A stretch of 64,000 bases of DNA from Andalucia godoyi And28 (lineage: Eukaryota; Protista; Jakobida), in contig VRVR01000036.1 of NCBI GenBank assembly GCA_009859145.1, positions 21,584 to 85,583 of the forward strand, read 5' to 3'. Under the pieces are notes generated by a model that had not been told where the DNA came from, did not search any database, and saw only the letters and a program-made list of their open reading frames with translations. The position numbers were made by a program, and so were the translations under genes. Shown piece by piece: positions 51,275 through 62,864 of this stretch. Numbering within the stretch: the stretch's first letter is position 1; every line of letters begins with the position of its first letter.

Positions 51275-52272
51275 TGCTTCTCTGTTACTTGTCACGTTGG
51301 GAATTTTTTTTTTCTGTACGAAAACAGAACACAAAGAGGAATAAGGAGAAGAAGAGAGAGAAATAAGGTGGAGAGTGAAAGAATGAAAAAATTTAAATTA
51401 ATACTCTATATATATATACATGTTATTTTAAACAGAGATTTTTTTATTTTTAAATAAACGTTGCAAAGATAGAATAACATCGAGTATTATGTAATTTTAA
51501 TACTCATTTGTGTGTGCGTTTTTGCACCCGGAATAGACAGACTTCTACAAATAGAAATTTGTTTATTTTAGAAAAATGGATTTCATTTTCTATTTTTGAT
51601 AGCGGGAAGCGGGCAGTAATTGCTGGTTGACGCTGCATGAAGTGAGAAATTCCCGCTGCAGCCCAAGCAAGAAAAGCTTCCTTCTGCAGGCACAAATCAG
51701 TGAAGAAGAGACGCTGAAGAAGCGTGACAGCAGCAATTTCCCCCCCGCTATTTTATTATTTATTTTATTATTATTATTCTTGGCAGAAGGCCATCTGTCA
51801 TTAGTTCCCAAGTGTCCCAGACAACACACGGGGTTCTTCCAAATGCAGATATCGTCGGGAAATTTGGCAGGCATCGGACACCTCAAACTCCCGAAACAAG
51901 CAGAAGCCCCGCGACATCCCATGAGGCTGCCATTTCCCGAACATGTTCGCCGATTTACGTCGGGAATCGGCAGTAGCAATCTTCCTTGTATGGACTGTCT
52001 CGTACGTTTCGTACGGCGCCTTATTTGCATACGACCACACCGACTTGCTGCTTGGGAATTACTTGGTCTGCTCCCGCGCTTCCTCTCTCCTCCTTCCCAC
52101 TCCTTCCTGTGATTCCTTTCCCTCCCTGGTACGCAAACGAAAAATCATTTGTCGTCATGGAAAGCTGGCAGCGTAAGGGAACTCAGTCGCCATCCTTGTC
52201 CCTGCCACTGTCCTCGTCATCAGCGGCGTTTTTTTTTTGGGTCTAACACTAGTACAGGCTTTTCCGTTTGCG

Positions 52273-53111
52273 ATGCATCATCAAAAAGGCAGCAGTACCG
52301 CTGTGCATGGGCGATCGTCTGTGCGCTGGACTCCAGAAGACGATGCGAGGCTGCGGGAAGCGATCGCCACGTACGGGGCTCAGGGAAACTGGCCTCAAAA
52401 GGCGAGGTATGTGGGCAAGAACCTTTCTGCGGATCAGGTGTACCAACATTGGCATCGCGTGCTGTGCTGCACTTCGGAGCCAATGTCGGATGCCCAGTCG
52501 GCGGCGGTGTTGGTGATGCTTGTCCATCTGAAAAGGCTGTGGTTCTGGGCTGATATTGGACGGGTCTTGGGAACGATGTTTGGAAACAGACGGTCCGGAA
52601 CGCAGATCCGATCTCGCTTCGTCTCGCTCGCCAGCAAATTCCCCACCACCGCCACCTCTGCCTCTGCCTCTGCCTCCGTCTCCAGCGCAAATTCCAACTC
52701 GCATTCAGGCACTGGTTCTGATTCCGCGTGTCGCCAGGATGCATGCGGGACTGCTGGAGTGGGGGGAAGCGAGGCAGATGTGCTATGTGAATGGGAAGCT
52801 GAGTTCGACAAGCGAAGAGGGACGGTAGAAACGAACAGAGAGAACACAGGAGCGATGAACTCGATCGCACGTCGCATTCGGAGATTGGCAGAGACTACCA
52901 ATCATGATGAGAATGCAAAGGTCAAGGATACGGCGACGGAGAAGGAGAAGGAGAGGAAAGGGAAGAGGAGGAGCGAACTTGAATGGCATGTGATGCGGGC
53001 TGCTGTGGAAAGGAAGGCTGTGGAACGGTGGCTGAGTTCCGAGATGGTGCAAAGGCTTGCTGCCGAGGCACGATCAGTCCAATTTGCCCGAAGCAAGAAG
53101 GCCGTTTCCAT

Positions 53112-53144
<33 letters not shown>

Positions 53145-53481
53145 GACCGAGCCCCTGCCGTATGCAGACAGCTGGGAAACGGACAACAAAGCAGGGGGCT
53201 TGCTAGGAGAGGCGAGCCAGCGGAAGTGCGGCTGCTGCTATCCCGAGATTCTCAGCCCACCAATGACAGAGCACAATCCGAACGGCGCCCACTCAGCACT
53301 GCATTGGAAGCGAGAGCGGCTTGAAGATGCGGTGGATTGGACGTGCCCGCACGTTGAGATCGTTCCGACAGTGCTGAAAAACGTCGTGCTGTTGCTACGC
53401 AGTCCGGCCCCGCAGCAAGACCAAGTACACGAGGACGCCCTGCGATGCAATGCAGAGTGTACGGATAGCCTGTCTTTCTAG
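52273..53481 (+). CDS. Divergent two-repeat Myb protein (subfamily B, copy 1)
   Basis: VRWTPEDDARL...GNWPQKARYVGK..SADQVYQHWHRVLCCT...WADIGRVLG...RSGTQIRSRF. Confidence 0.85.
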
Positions 53482-55243
53482 CAGAGTGCTGCTGTCTTTT
53501 TCTTCCTCTTTTAAAAAGTAATATGATTATCGCCTTTTTTTATATCAATACTGTTGAGAACTTCTCTCTCTCTCTCTCTCTCTCTCCAGTCGTGTACGGA
53601 CGTGCAGGATTTTCAAGCGCTTTTTTTTTTTGATGGTGCCATCTTCATGATTCGACGTTGAGATCAAGAAGGATGCTCTGTTCTTGACTAAAACTTTAAT
53701 TGTTACTTCTGGGCGAGTGCAAATGCTTCAAAGAGAAAGGGAAAGGGCAAGAGAGAGCAGGACAGGATGCAGAACAAGGAAGATTCTCCGTCGGTGCAGG
53801 AAAAGTGGAAATGCAAGAAGACACCCAAGCGAGCACAGAGCAACTCCCGGAGTCTGCTGATCAGAAACCGCTACGTAGCCGCGCAGTCACCCTGCTTGGA
53901 CCGGTTCCATCTGACGCCCCCGTTTGGCGTGTTTCAACCCGCCCCGAACTCGCTCTTCTGCTGAGGCTTTGCCACTGTGCCCACATGCTCTGGATGTTTC
54001 ATTCCACAGTCGACTTACATGCAACCTGCAGCAGTTGGAAGGGCGCGAGGAGACAAGGGCGCCCGAGCAGCGCACGTCAGCTGGGGCGCGAATTGGAACG
54101 GAGCGGCTCCCGGACCGTGCAAGCACGGCTGCAGTACGCCGTTGAGTAAAGCAGCTCCTGCGAGCACCCTCCAGCCGCTACTGGCCAATTGGAGGTGGGG
54201 CAGCATCCACTTTCCGCGAGTCAGACTGACATTCCGCACCATCCTCGGCGTCTTTTCTCCAAAATCAAATTCGGGATGGGGACGGTTCTGCCTGGACCGG
54301 CAACTTGACGACAAGCCGCTGATGCGTCCAAAAGGAGTGTTGTCTCAGCATTTCCGGTGTTTGGCCGAAAACCACCGCCGCTCTGGAAGCCCACCCCCTC
54401 GTGATCATCCGGGTCTGCTCATACGGAGCCTAGTCGGCTCGAACACAAGTTGAACCGTCTCGCGCATCAAACAAAAAGAAAAAGAAATTCTCCATAGCAG
54501 CAGCATCGCACCAAACGAGCAGGATCCATTCTGTGCAGCTGGGGGAGGGTCAATCGAGCGACGGAGGACGAGGAGGAATCCAAAAACAAGAATTCAAAAA
54601 TAAAAAACAGGCTGGGTCGCAGGCACACAAAAGCAGCCAACAAGTCAACAAACAACTTCTACACCTTGTACTGGATTGTGGATTGTGCGCGTTCTGCGTA
54701 GTGGGTACCGAGTTGTGGAACCCCATCTCCGAAGTTCTCCGGGGGGTGAACCGGGGGAGGAGACTGTAACTCTTGTGTGACTTTTTTCTCTCCACCGTGC
54801 CCCCGTCCACTTCTCTTCCCTGCTCTCTTCGCCCCCTTCCTCTTCCGAATCCGTTCCTCCCTCCAGCTGCAGTCACCACCACCCACCACCACCAAACTGG
54901 TTACTGGATTGAGGATTCTCTTTGCAAGACACGGGGGAAGCGCCGTCGGATGTTGACTACGGACTGCTTTTGCTTCCCCCCCGCTGCATGATGAATTAAA
55001 TTCATATATATATATATATGTATATGTATAATATGTTGGCAAGTATGACGAGAGGGGAGGAAAAACAGCAGAGTCAAATAAATAATAAATAGATGAATAT
55101 GAATATATCTGTACATGCACACACATACACATTTGTAAATGGTTGCAATAATGTAAAGAAGCTGTATCTTACAATAAGAAAAACCGTGAAAAACGCAGAT
55201 CACGCCATCCCACCATAATACACAGTTGGCCGCCCCTGAATAC

Positions 55244-58200
55244 TTACTTTGCGGCCATGAAATAACGATCCTTGGCAAACTGATAGACGGGCGTTTCGCG
55301 GATGGATGCGATCCAGTCTCGGATATTTTCAAGGCCACGGAGCTTCTGCTCGGCCACCTGTCTCTGCAACATTGCTTCTTCCGCAGCATAGTCATCACCG
55401 CCGCCGTGTGCATGGCTGTGGGCATTCACCGGATTGTGCGTCTGTGCAAGCGCCCCGCCGGCAGCATATGCAGCGTGCTGCTGCTGTTGCTGATGGCGCG
55501 GCTGTGCAGAGTGCACGATTGGAATCGAAGGATGCAAAGGAGGCTGCGGAGAAAACGAATGCACCATGGGCATTTGCTGCGAAACGTGCTGCATGCTGAT
55601 TGGGACAGCGACCATTTGCTGCTGCTGGTAATGCTGTGGCTGTGGCTGCGGCATGAAATACGGAGGCCACTTATCGCTTGGAGTGACCACGGCTTGCGGG
55701 GACATGAGAATGCGAGTCACGTCGCCGGACGATCCGTTGCAGCCGTTGTTGTTGTATCCACATGACGGAGTCGGCGTTGGCGTCGGCGGAATCGACATCG
55801 AAAGCGCCATTGCCGGAATCGAATACGAGTATTGCGACGCGTTGAGTGCACCACCTGAAATCTGCGAAACGGAGCTCGCTGCAGACATCAAAGACGACGA
55901 AACCGGACGCAGCAAGTGGTGCTGCGGCAAATGCAGCTGCTGATGTGGTTGCACATGTTGGACCTGTGATTGAAATTGCGACTGATGCATCTGCAGGAGA
56001 GACGATGACGGCGACGGAGATGGAATCTGTTGCATCTGCAACTGTTGCTGGATCTGCTGTTGCTGCACGAAAAGCAAATACATCGCGACCGCAGCAGGAT
56101 CAACGGCTGGTGATGGAACGTTAGGCATGCTCGTCGAAACTGTAGGCATCGGCACGCCCCCAACACCAACAGGAGCACTATCACCAACGTCAGGACGATC
56201 AGCGGGACTGCCACACGAATGCGACGTGGTTTCATCTGGTCGTCGGGAAGCATGAACCACGTCCAAATGCGCAGTCGGACTCTCGGGTTTACAAGCGCTA
56301 TTCACACTTCCGCTGGTAACACTTCCGCAACTGCGACCTTCTCGATTTGCATGTTTTTGGTCAAGGACTTCTTCGCCGCGAATATCATCGAGAAGGTTGT
56401 GGTGCTCCTGTGCAACGTCATCCACGATTCCCACAGAAGAAGAAGAAGAAGAAGAAGATACCGGGGAAAGTGGCATCGCGTTCGGATCCACCGCGACATC
56501 CAACCTCATGCCACCCGCATCCGCATCCGCATCCGCATCCGCATCCGAATGAACACGATCCATCTTCGAGGACTCCCCCTCTGCACACCGACTCTCAACA
56601 ACGCCCATTGCACCAGCACGCTCATCAAGTCCCGACTCCAACTCGACCGCATCGCCATTATCATCACGGCCAAGGTGGGCAGGCCGAGCATCCTCTGGAA
56701 TGCTCTTGCTAACGCCAAAATCACACGGCGTATCGCCAGTCTCCTTCACAGCAAGAGAGGATGGTGCAGAAACAGAAAGGGAGACAGACGGAAACATGCT
56801 CACGTCTTCGCGATCAGCATGAGACACCTTGGGCCTATCCAAGTCCTGCAATCCTTGATCCCTCGTGTCAACCGGCTCTTCTTCGATTTCGGTCGCTTTG
56901 GACGGCCCGGTGCTGGCAGGCTCGAACCCAAATCGATTCCACAAAACGGACAGCAACCTTGTTTCGGAATTTCCGGCATCGAGCAATGCAATCATGAAAG
57001 CCTTGTCAAGTGCCCTCTTCTTGCTCAATCCGCACTCGCACCCGTGCAGCGCAGACAATTCATCGTCTCGGTCCTTTGCAGCCGCGTGCACTGCATTGGA
57101 CTTTTGCTGCTTTTGAACGACGTTTCCAGATCCAGTCTGGAACGAGGGAACCTTCAATGAAGCTGACGGTTGCGACGCTCCCGCCACGACGGCCGGCGGA
57201 CACAAATTAAACATTCCGTCAGTCATCTGCATTTGCGACTGCGGGTTTGGCATTGGTGAAAATGATTCTTCGACGGACGACGCACATTCCGTTGAGGAAA
57301 CAAACATGAACAAGTCGGAAGGGGATGGGGGGTGTGTGATCGCGGAAGAATGCGACATTGCACACGACGACTCGGTCGACAAAGGATTATTCGCATGCAG
57401 TGCGTCCCAGTCCATTACGGTATCCAAAAACTGGCCATGAGTCTGGATCACTGTCGATGCATTTGCGGTATACCCGTCTGTGCCTCCATTGGCAATCGCA
57501 TTCGTTGCCGAATTCCAAACAGCATTGACGCCGGGAGCAGTCGAATTCGGAGCGCCGGGAGCATTCGCAGGTGTTGCTGAATGTCCAAATGGCGAAAACG
57601 ATGCTGGGGAAGCTCCCGATCCGGCGAGTCGCGGCAACTTTCGCACAGGCGACGTGGGCCTCTGTGTGTCTTCCTCGCCTTGCCCGCTTCCGTGTCCTTG
57701 TCCGTCGCGATCCCCGGCAGTCGACACACCTACGCCTAAGCCGACATTCGGTGGATTCAAATGGCGTCTCGCTTGCACGGCCTGGTAATACGCAGAATGT
57801 ACAATCCCGTCTCTATTGCTGGAGGAAGTGCTGGCAGTGGAGGTGTTTGTCGTTGTGGCGGTCGAGGACGACCCCGACAAAGCAGACGAAGAGGATGACG
57901 AAGAGGATGACGAAAAGGAGGAGGAAGATGAGGAGGAAGTGCGGGCATTGCATACTGGGCACTTGGCGGTTGGCGCACAAAGCATCACAAGTCGAGCATA
58001 GCATTCAATTGGCCTTGTTTTGACACCAGCAAGCACCGCAAGTCCCTCCGCGACTCTTTTCCATGCGTCAAGTGCTTCTCCGTGCACACTCCCAACACTC
58101 CATGAACGACTGTTCTCGAAACTGTTCTTCGACGTCACAGAACAAGAAAAAGAAGAAGAAGAAGATGATGATGATGAAGAAGAAGAAGAAGAAGGATGTG

Positions 58201-58957
58201 GTGATGGTGGGACAAGGAGATTGTTACGAATGGAGAGCAAAAGAAGCGAGGCGAGCGCATCGATTCCTGTAATGCGGTCCACAGCCGCGCCGATCACCCT
58301 GTGTGCAACACGAGTCTGCCAGATTCGATAGCACGTTGGTGCGTCCCACTTGACATGAACTCCCGCCGCATGCCATCTTGCTGCAACGTCTCCAGACGAG
58401 TGCGACGTGCTCAGCACTGCTGCTATCCGCGGCCAGTGTGTCCCATGTCGCTCCACTGCAGCCACCATCACCTGCTCAAACTCGCTACCGGACGACGACG
58501 ACGAAAACAATGATGACGGTTGGGGTTGTGGATGGGGTTGCGATGAGGATGATGATGGTGACGACGGCATCTTCTTTGGAATCGCCATAGTCATTTGCGC
58601 GTTTCGTCCAGGAGCACCCATCACTGGGCCAGCCGTTGCTGACGACGAAGCGAGAGACGAGGGCTGATGAATGGCCGTTAGTGTCGATGAACACGTGCTG
58701 CTCACAATCGACGAACTGCCATTATTCCCTTTACTCGTGCTGCTGCTGCTGCTGCTGCTGTTGATCAGTGTCTTGTACCCCAATCCGGATCCGGATCTTG
58801 TCAATATATCAGGTGTCGCTGTCGAAGACGACGATGCAGGTGGCGGTGGCACAGAAGCGGCAGCTGTGCATATTGGGATTGTCAAAGGAACAGACGGCGG
58901 AGGAGAAGGCGATGGAGAAGGCGACGAGACAAACAACATCGAGTCATACTCGCTCAT
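55244..58957 (-). CDS. Large low-complexity protein with a highly degenerate two-repeat Myb-like region
   Basis: AVERHGTHWPRIAAVL...TCYRIWQTRV and AWKRVAEGL...TRPIECYARL align with the subfamily A repeats, split by poly-Ser. ATG at 58957. Confidence 0.7.
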   Translation of the reverse strand: MSEYDSMLFVSSPSPSPSPPPSVPLTIPICTAAASVPPPPASSSSTATPDILTRSGSGLGYKTLINSSSSSSSTSKGNNGSSSIVSSTCSSTLTAIHQPSSLASSSATAGPVMGAPGRNAQMTMAIPKKMPSSPSSSSSQPHPQPQPSSLFSSSSSGSEFEQVMVAAVERHGTHWPRIAAVLSTSHSSGDVAARWHAAGVHVKWDAPTCYRIWQTRVAHRVIGAAVDRITGIDALASLLLLSIRNNLLVPPSPHPSSSSSSSSSSSSSSFSCSVTSKNSFENSRSWSVGSVHGEALDAWKRVAEGLAVLAGVKTRPIECYARLVMLCAPTAKCPVCNARTSSSSSSSFSSSSSSSSSSALSGSSSTATTTNTSTASTSSSNRDGIVHSAYYQAVQARRHLNPPNVGLGVGVSTAGDRDGQGHGSGQGEEDTQRPTSPVRKLPRLAGSGASPASFSPFGHSATPANAPGAPNSTAPGVNAVWNSATNAIANGGTDGYTANASTVIQTHGQFLDTVMDWDALHANNPLSTESSCAMSHSSAITHPPSPSDLFMFVSSTECASSVEESFSPMPNPQSQMQMTDGMFNLCPPAVVAGASQPSASLKVPSFQTGSGNVVQKQQKSNAVHAAAKDRDDELSALHGCECGLSKKRALDKAFMIALLDAGNSETRLLSVLWNRFGFEPASTGPSKATEIEEEPVDTRDQGLQDLDRPKVSHADREDVSMFPSVSLSVSAPSSLAVKETGDTPCDFGVSKSIPEDARPAHLGRDDNGDAVELESGLDERAGAMGVVESRCAEGESSKMDRVHSDADADADADAGGMRLDVAVDPNAMPLSPVSSSSSSSSVGIVDDVAQEHHNLLDDIRGEEVLDQKHANREGRSCGSVTSGSVNSACKPESPTAHLDVVHASRRPDETTSHSCGSPADRPDVGDSAPVGVGGVPMPTVSTSMPNVPSPAVDPAAVAMYLLFVQQQQIQQQLQMQQIPSPSPSSSLLQMHQSQFQSQVQHVQPHQQLHLPQHHLLRPVSSSLMSAASSVSQISGGALNASQYSYSIPAMALSMSIPPTPTPTPSCGYNNNGCNGSSGDVTRILMSPQAVVTPSDKWPPYFMPQPQPQHYQQQQMVAVPISMQHVSQQMPMVHSFSPQPPLHPSIPIVHSAQPRHQQQQQHAAYAAGGALAQTHNPVNAHSHAHGGGDDYAAEEAMLQRQVAEQKLRGLENIRDWIASIRETPVYQFAKDRYFMAAK

Positions 58958-59152
58958 TGACCTCAAAATTCGCGGGAACAGCGCAGCAGACCCGAATGTA
59001 CCAAAAGTAGAGGCAAAAAACAAAAAAACAACACACGATTCGATGCTACTCCCTCCACCTTTTCTTTCTCGGTCCTCAAAAAAAGACGGATGCGCAAGAA
59101 CGAGTTTGAAAAATAATAATCAGACACTCTTCTTTGTTACCGAATGAACGAC

Positions 59153-59197
59153 AAAGGGTGTATGCCAGAGAAAGGGTGTATGCCAGAGAAAGAGTGT
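59153..59197. repeat. 18-bp tandem repeat AAAGGGTGTATGCCAGAG x2 plus a partial copy
   Basis: Copies at 59153-59170 and 59171-59188. Confidence 0.9.
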
Positions 59198-60696
59198 CTG
59201 TGTGTGCGTGCGTGCGTGTGTGCGTGCGTGTGAATCAGAGAATGAGCGAAGGAGCGAAGAGGTGAAAAGGAAGGAGGAGAGAGAAGAGAGAAGAGAGAAG
59301 AGAGAAAAGAAGATGTCGAAGAGGAGACGAGAGAGAGAAAAAGAGGAGAGAGAAAAAAATGAAGAAGGACGGAGTGCGAGGAGATGAGAGAGAATCTGAT
59401 GATTTTTTCAACTTGTGGAGACACACGTATGACATGGAAATTGCTTGGGTGAGCGTACGGGCAGATGTTGAGGCGGTCGGATGGAGGGTCAAGGATCGAA
59501 AATCCGTTCTGGGGGAAGGATGGTTGATTTGCCCGGTCGGAGAGCTGAAAGGTTCGTGTGTGACAGCGCAACCCATCATGCAACGTCAACCTTGGGTCAA
59601 GTTTCCAGCCGGCGTGCACCGCACAGCCCCGACGTCCGGGCTGGCTGGAATTTCGGAGAATAAAGCACGAATGGAAAGGCGGAATACTTTCGCGGTTCCA
59701 GATCCACTTTTGTGACTTGTCGCAGTTGAACCCGCTTCCATTTCGGAAAATAGTTTAGCCCCGGTTTTAGACTTTTTTGTGTGCTTTTCCCCGTCGTTTT
59801 CCAGAACCCACTTCCCCCCCCCGGTCTCCGCGCCCAAATCGTTCCATAAAAAACAAAGGGCTCTACAAGAGTTGGCTGTGCACAAAAAATCGGACGGACC
59901 AAGACTCACTACAACCGCGTGTTGTTTATTTCAGTGGTACAAGCCACCCCCGGGCTGCACGGCCCGCAGGCAAGAGTGCGTGTGTGGCTAATGCGAGTGC
60001 TTATGGTACACGTTCGCAAGCGAGCCTTGCACTCCATGGCTTTCGTTCGCCTGTGCCTGCTGGAACTCGGCGGCTTTCGAGTCAGGCACCTTCTCGTGGT
60101 GCTGCTGCGGATTCGCAAACTCGGTCGGCCGCGCAACTGCGTCGTCATGCATGTAGATCGGGTGATGTTTCTTTCCCATTGTCGCTTGTTCGCCGTCCCA
60201 ACTTTCTCTCTCGAGCGCGCGTGTGTTTCCTTTTAACAGGCTGCTTTTTTGCTTTGCTACCTTTTTTTTTTCCTTCGAAAGCAAAACACAAAAAGGAAGG
60301 ACGCGTTGTGCCGTATGCAGCAGATGTCCTTTACATCTGTATGCGCTTGGGAAGACAGCCGCAAGGGAAAGGATCACAACTTTTTGTGTGCATGGATCGA
60401 AGTTCAAAATCCGATGTTCGAACTGCAAACGGAGACGTATTCAGGGAGGACAGGGTTGAAATGGAGATGCTAAATGCTTGCGTAGTCCCGCTTGTGCGTC
60501 TGCTCCGACGTCTGCTGGATTTAGCTAGCATGCTCCTGTGCATAAACCGCGTACCAACTGGACGGATGCTCGCTTTCGAGTGCAGTTTAAAGGTCTTTTT
60601 TCACGTTTTTCCTTTCGAACCTCCCCCTCTGCCGTTGTTCGCTGAGGGGTGCATAGGAACAAGAAGAATATTGGACGGGCGGGGGAGATCAAAAAG

Positions 60697-61611
60697 ATGG
60701 ATGGCGGGTTGGAGAATGATGATGCGGGGAGGAGCCAGATGGTGCAGGGGGCTCGTAGGGCACGCCGGCCTTCTCAGAAGTGGACGCCTGACGAAGACCA
60801 GCGGCTGATCATTGGAGTACATCTGCATCAGGGTCGGCGGTGGTCCGAGATTTCGCGGCATGTCGGCACGAAAGACAAGGTCGCGTGTTATCAGCACTGG
60901 TTCCGCGTTCTTCATCCGCAGATTTCGAAGACGCGGTTCACGGATGTCGAGTATGCGCGGCTCGCAGTGCGTGTAAAAGCATGTGGCGTGAGTGCGTGGG
61001 TCAAGGTTGCTGAGGGAATGCCGGGTCGCACAGACACTCAGTGCCGGGCTCGATGGCTCGACATCCAAAGAGGCACTCTGGAGTTCTGGAGAACAATCAG
61101 GAGACTCTATGCCGAAAATCACAATCCACACGATCTCGCCTTTGCCATCCAACGCACCACCGGCATCTATTGTGACAATAGAGAGGGCAATGGCAATGGC
61201 AGTGGCAGTAGCGACTTGACCCTCATGAACACGAACAGCAATGATACCACGACTTACAGCATTGCGAGTAGCGAGAGTGGTGGCGGCAATTACTACGATT
61301 CATCGAATCCGTGCTTGCGGTCTACGTGGAAGCATCGAATGCTGCAGGCTGCAATCTTCTCACAATTCCAACAACACCAGCAGCACCAGCAACTGCAGCC
61401 GCCCATCGCACAATGTCCATTCCCGTACCCGTTTGCATATCCGTATGCGTGTGGGAATTCATACCAGGGAGCGGTGATGGCAATGACCGCTGTGGCCAAT
61501 GCAACCACGATCATGAGTGAGGACGATGCGCAGCCGCGCTTGCCCTTGATGCCCGTTTCGTTTGATTCGATTGTGCGCGAACTGAACATGCAAAGCCAAC
61601 AACATTTGTAG
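60697..61611 (+). CDS. Two-repeat Myb transcription factor (subfamily A, copy 3)
   Basis: KWTPDEDQRL...CYQHWFRVLHP / RFTD...AWVKVAEGMPGRTDTQCRARW. Confidence 0.92.
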   Translation: MDGGLENDDAGRSQMVQGARRARRPSQKWTPDEDQRLIIGVHLHQGRRWSEISRHVGTKDKVACYQHWFRVLHPQISKTRFTDVEYARLAVRVKACGVSAWVKVAEGMPGRTDTQCRARWLDIQRGTLEFWRTIRRLYAENHNPHDLAFAIQRTTGIYCDNREGNGNGSGSSDLTLMNTNSNDTTTYSIASSESGGGNYYDSSNPCLRSTWKHRMLQAAIFSQFQQHQQHQQLQPPIAQCPFPYPFAYPYACGNSYQGAVMAMTAVANATTIMSEDDAQPRLPLMPVSFDSIVRELNMQSQQHL

Positions 61612-62864
61612 ATTTCCTGTCGTTAAAACAAGATCTATTTCCCCTCTTCCCGTCTGCCACCGGGGCCAAAAAAGAAAAACGAGCATCGTCTATTCGCTAT
61701 GCATCAATATCCACAGAATGGCAAAGTGAATTTGATCGTGTCATGCTAACAAATATCGCCGGTGTTTTATTTATTATTTTTTGCATGTGCCGGATTGTTC
61801 CATGTCTTGCCACGTGGGATCCTGCGGTACGCAACACCGAGCGAGACATTGGAGGTGGGGATGGTTTTGAACAAGCAAGCAGCGGATCCCGACGCAAGAA
61901 ACCGTCCGCCAGATGTCGGATGGATCGCGCGATTGCAGCGGTGGTGCGCGTAGCATTGATCTTACGAATGCCGAAGTGGGCGCCTTATCCGCTTCCCGGT
62001 ACTGCAACGCACTCCAGGTTGCAACAAATGATTGATGATGGATAGTCAGCGACGAGTTGCGTACGAACAGTGTCCAGCGCGGGGGGCGCAGCAGACTCAA
62101 AAAAGAAAAAAGTCACAAAAAAACACAAAAAAGGCTCGGCGATCAGCGCGGATGCTGAGCAGAGGGAAGGTTCCACAGGTACCCATGTCAGCTACACTTT
62201 ATGCCAAATTCGCCTAAAATGGTAGCGACGGCTCGCCGATATGGTCGCATGCTTTGGATCCGTTCGACCACATTAGTAGGATGATGGACAGATATGGGAT
62301 CCCGACCTAGGTGGCATGGGCTATCTTTAGCCCCGAACTGTCTGGCAATACCGCTTTCCTTTTACGGACCAAGAGCGTTTCTGCGGACGGACAATCGCGA
62401 CGATCCCCGACTCCATATCTGGCACCGTATACGATCAAAACCCTCCGAAAACAGTTGCACACAGGAACACCGTCGTTCAGCAAACCACCAATACACAAAA
62501 ACGAACACATGTGGAACACAAAACGCGCAAAAACACACACACACGCAAAAATAAAATATAAAATAATGCTGATCACTCATCATTCGCGTTTTTACTTTCC
62601 CCCTCTTCGTTCTTTCATTCTTTTCTTTTCTTTTGTTTTTGGTGCGTAATATTTTTTATTTAAATAAGAATCTTTTTTTTAATTTAAATTTCTATTGCTT
62701 CCTGTTTTTGTCGGTTTTTTTTCCCATTTCTTTTTTCGATTTGATCTTGAAAAGGGGAGAACAGCAACGGTGGGCAGTCATACTCTCTCAACTACAACTC
62801 AACATTTCAACATTCGACATTCAAGCAGTTGTGTAATTCCTGAGAGATCTCTGTTAGACGAAGA

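Noticed and set aside
59777-60808. 343-aa + strand ORF upstream of and overlapping Myb 60697
   Set aside because: Non-ATG start, crosses T-rich promoter-like DNA, Arg/Ser/Leu-rich random composition, and overlaps the real Myb gene out of frame.
61697-62650. Short ORFs between the last two Myb genes
   Set aside because: No domain, no consistent frame, no shared similarity with the Myb tails.
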